Shown: piece by piece, positions 62,480 through 64,000 of the stretch
Layout of the letters: the number at the start of each line of letters is the position of its first letter
Position numbering within the stretch: position 1 is the first letter of the stretch
NCBI GenBank assembly: GCA_002269645.1
Contig: NIVC01000835.1
Span: 1-64,000 of the forward strand
Direction of reading: 5' to 3'
Origin: Macrostomum lignano
Lineage: Eukaryota
DNA length: 64,000 nt
Translations under genes and position numbers: made by a program
Notes under the pieces: model-generated
Seen by the model: only the letters and a program-made list of their open reading frames with translations
What the model was told of the DNA's origin: nothing
The model's database searches: none

Positions 62480-64000
62480 AGTCTGCTGAGACTGAGACTC
62501 TCAGTGTCACTGAGCAGACTCTCAGTATTGCCGAGACTGAGACTCTCAGTGTCACTAGCAGACTCCAGTATTGCTGAGACTGAGACTCTCAGTGTCACTG
62601 AGCAGACTCTCAGTGTTGCTGAGTCTGAGACTCTCAGTGTCACTGAGCAGCCTCTCAGTATTGCTGAGACTGAGACTCTCAGTGTCACTGAGCAGACTCT
62701 CAGTATTGCTGAGACGGAGACTCTCAGTGTCACTGAGCAGCCTCTCAGTATTGCTGAGACTGAGACTCTCGGTGTCACTGAGCAGACTCTCAGTGTTGCT
62801 GAGTCTGAGACTCTCAGTGTCACTGAGCAGACTCTCAGTATTGCTGAGACTGAGACTCTCAGTGTCACTGAGCAGCCTCTCAGTATTGCTGAGACTGAGA
62901 CTCTCAGTGTTGCTGAGTCTGAGACTCTCAGTGTCACTGAGCAGACTCTCAGTATTGCTGAGACGGAGACTCTCAGTGTCACTGAGCAGCCTCTCAGTAT
63001 TGCTGAGACTGAGACTCTCGGTGTCACTGAGCAGACTCTCAGTGTTGCTGAGTCTGAGACTCTCAGTGTCACTGAGCAGACTCTCAGTATTGCTGAGACT
63101 GAGACTCTCAGTGTCACTGAGCAGCCTCTCAGTATTGCTGAGACTGAGACTCAGTGTTGCTGAGTCTGAGACTCTCAGTGTCACTGAGCAGCCTCTCAGT
63201 ATTGCTGAGACTGAGACTCTCAGTGTCACTGAGCAGACTCTCAGTATTGCTGAGACGGAGACTCTCAGTGTCACTGAGCAGCCTCTCAGTATTGCTGAGA
63301 CTGAGACTCTCGGTGTCACTGAGCAGACTCTCAGTGTTGCTGAGTCTGAGACTCTCAGTGTCACTGAGCAGACTCTCAGTATTGCTGAGACTGAGACTCT
63401 CAGTGTCACTGAGCAGCCTCTCAGTATTGCTGAGACTGAGACTCTCAGTGTTGCTGAGTCTGAGACTCTCAGTGTCACTGAGCAGACTCTCAGTATTGCT
63501 GAGACGGAGACTCTCAGTGTCACTGAGCAGCCTCTCAGTATTGCTGAGACTGAGACTCTCGGTGTCACTGAGCAGACTCTCAGTGTTGCTGAGTCTGAGA
63601 CTCTCAGTGTCACTGAGCAGACTCTCAGTATTGCTGAGACTGAGACTCTCAGTGTCACTGAGCAGCCTCTCAGTATTGCTGAGACTGAGACTCAGTGTTG
63701 CTGAGTCTGAGACTCTCAGTGTCACTGAGCAGACTCTCAGTATTGCTGAGACTGAGACTTTCAGTGTCACTGAGCAGACTCTCAGTATTGCTGAGACTGA
63801 GACTTTCAGTGTTGCTGAGACTGAGACTCTCAGTGTTGCTGAGTCTGAGACTCTCAGTGTCACTGAGCAGACTCTCAGTGTTGCTGAGTCTGAGACTCTC
63901 AGTGTCACTGAGCAGACTCTCAGTGTTGCTGAGTCTGAGACTCTCAGTGTCACTGAGCAGACTCCAGTATTGCTGAGACTGAGACTCTCAGTGTCACTGA
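62480..64000. repeat. 45-bp quasi-palindromic minisatellite with higher-order structure (runs off the window)
   Basis: Unit GAGACTGAGACTCTCAGTGTCACTGAGCAGACTCTCAGTATTGCT; the GACGGAG variant recurs at ~251/289/251-bp spacings (about 540-bp HOR). Confidence 0.95.

Noticed and set aside
62443-63976. [10 protein letters not shown] / SLSNTESLL repeat ORFs on both strands
   Set aside because: The 45-bp unit is stop-poor in several frames; no supported start or splice context.

Overview
Intron-containing eukaryotic (metazoan) genomic DNA with GC-rich exons separated by about 35 unrelated mini/microsatellite arrays. The style resembles the flatworm Macrostomum, which is an inference only. Most long ORFs in the track are stop-free repeat artefacts. 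Genes reconstructed from splice signals and phase: (1) NHERF/EBP50-like PDZ scaffold (+, partial, frameshifted 5' exons); (2) 5-exon, ~1136-aa single-pass membrane protein with an AHNAK/periaxin-type atypical PDZ domain and long acidic repeats (-); (3) tankyrase-like H-Y-E PARP with C-terminal hydrophobic helices (+); (4) octopamine/alpha-adrenergic-like GPCR (-); (5) type II membrane CAP59-like glycosyltransferase with one frameshift (-); (6) TMEM74-like protein (+); (7) unknown two-exon gene fragment (-); (8) OATP/SLCO transporter (-). Mobile elements: a full-length, apparently intact Chapaev DNA transposon (125-bp TIRs, TCCA TSD), a 5'-truncated Penelope-like element carrying a minimal hammerhead ribozyme, a CORE-SINE, MITE-like elements, and two inverted (foldback-like) minisatellite pairs. 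All family assignments come from motif recognition, not database searches.
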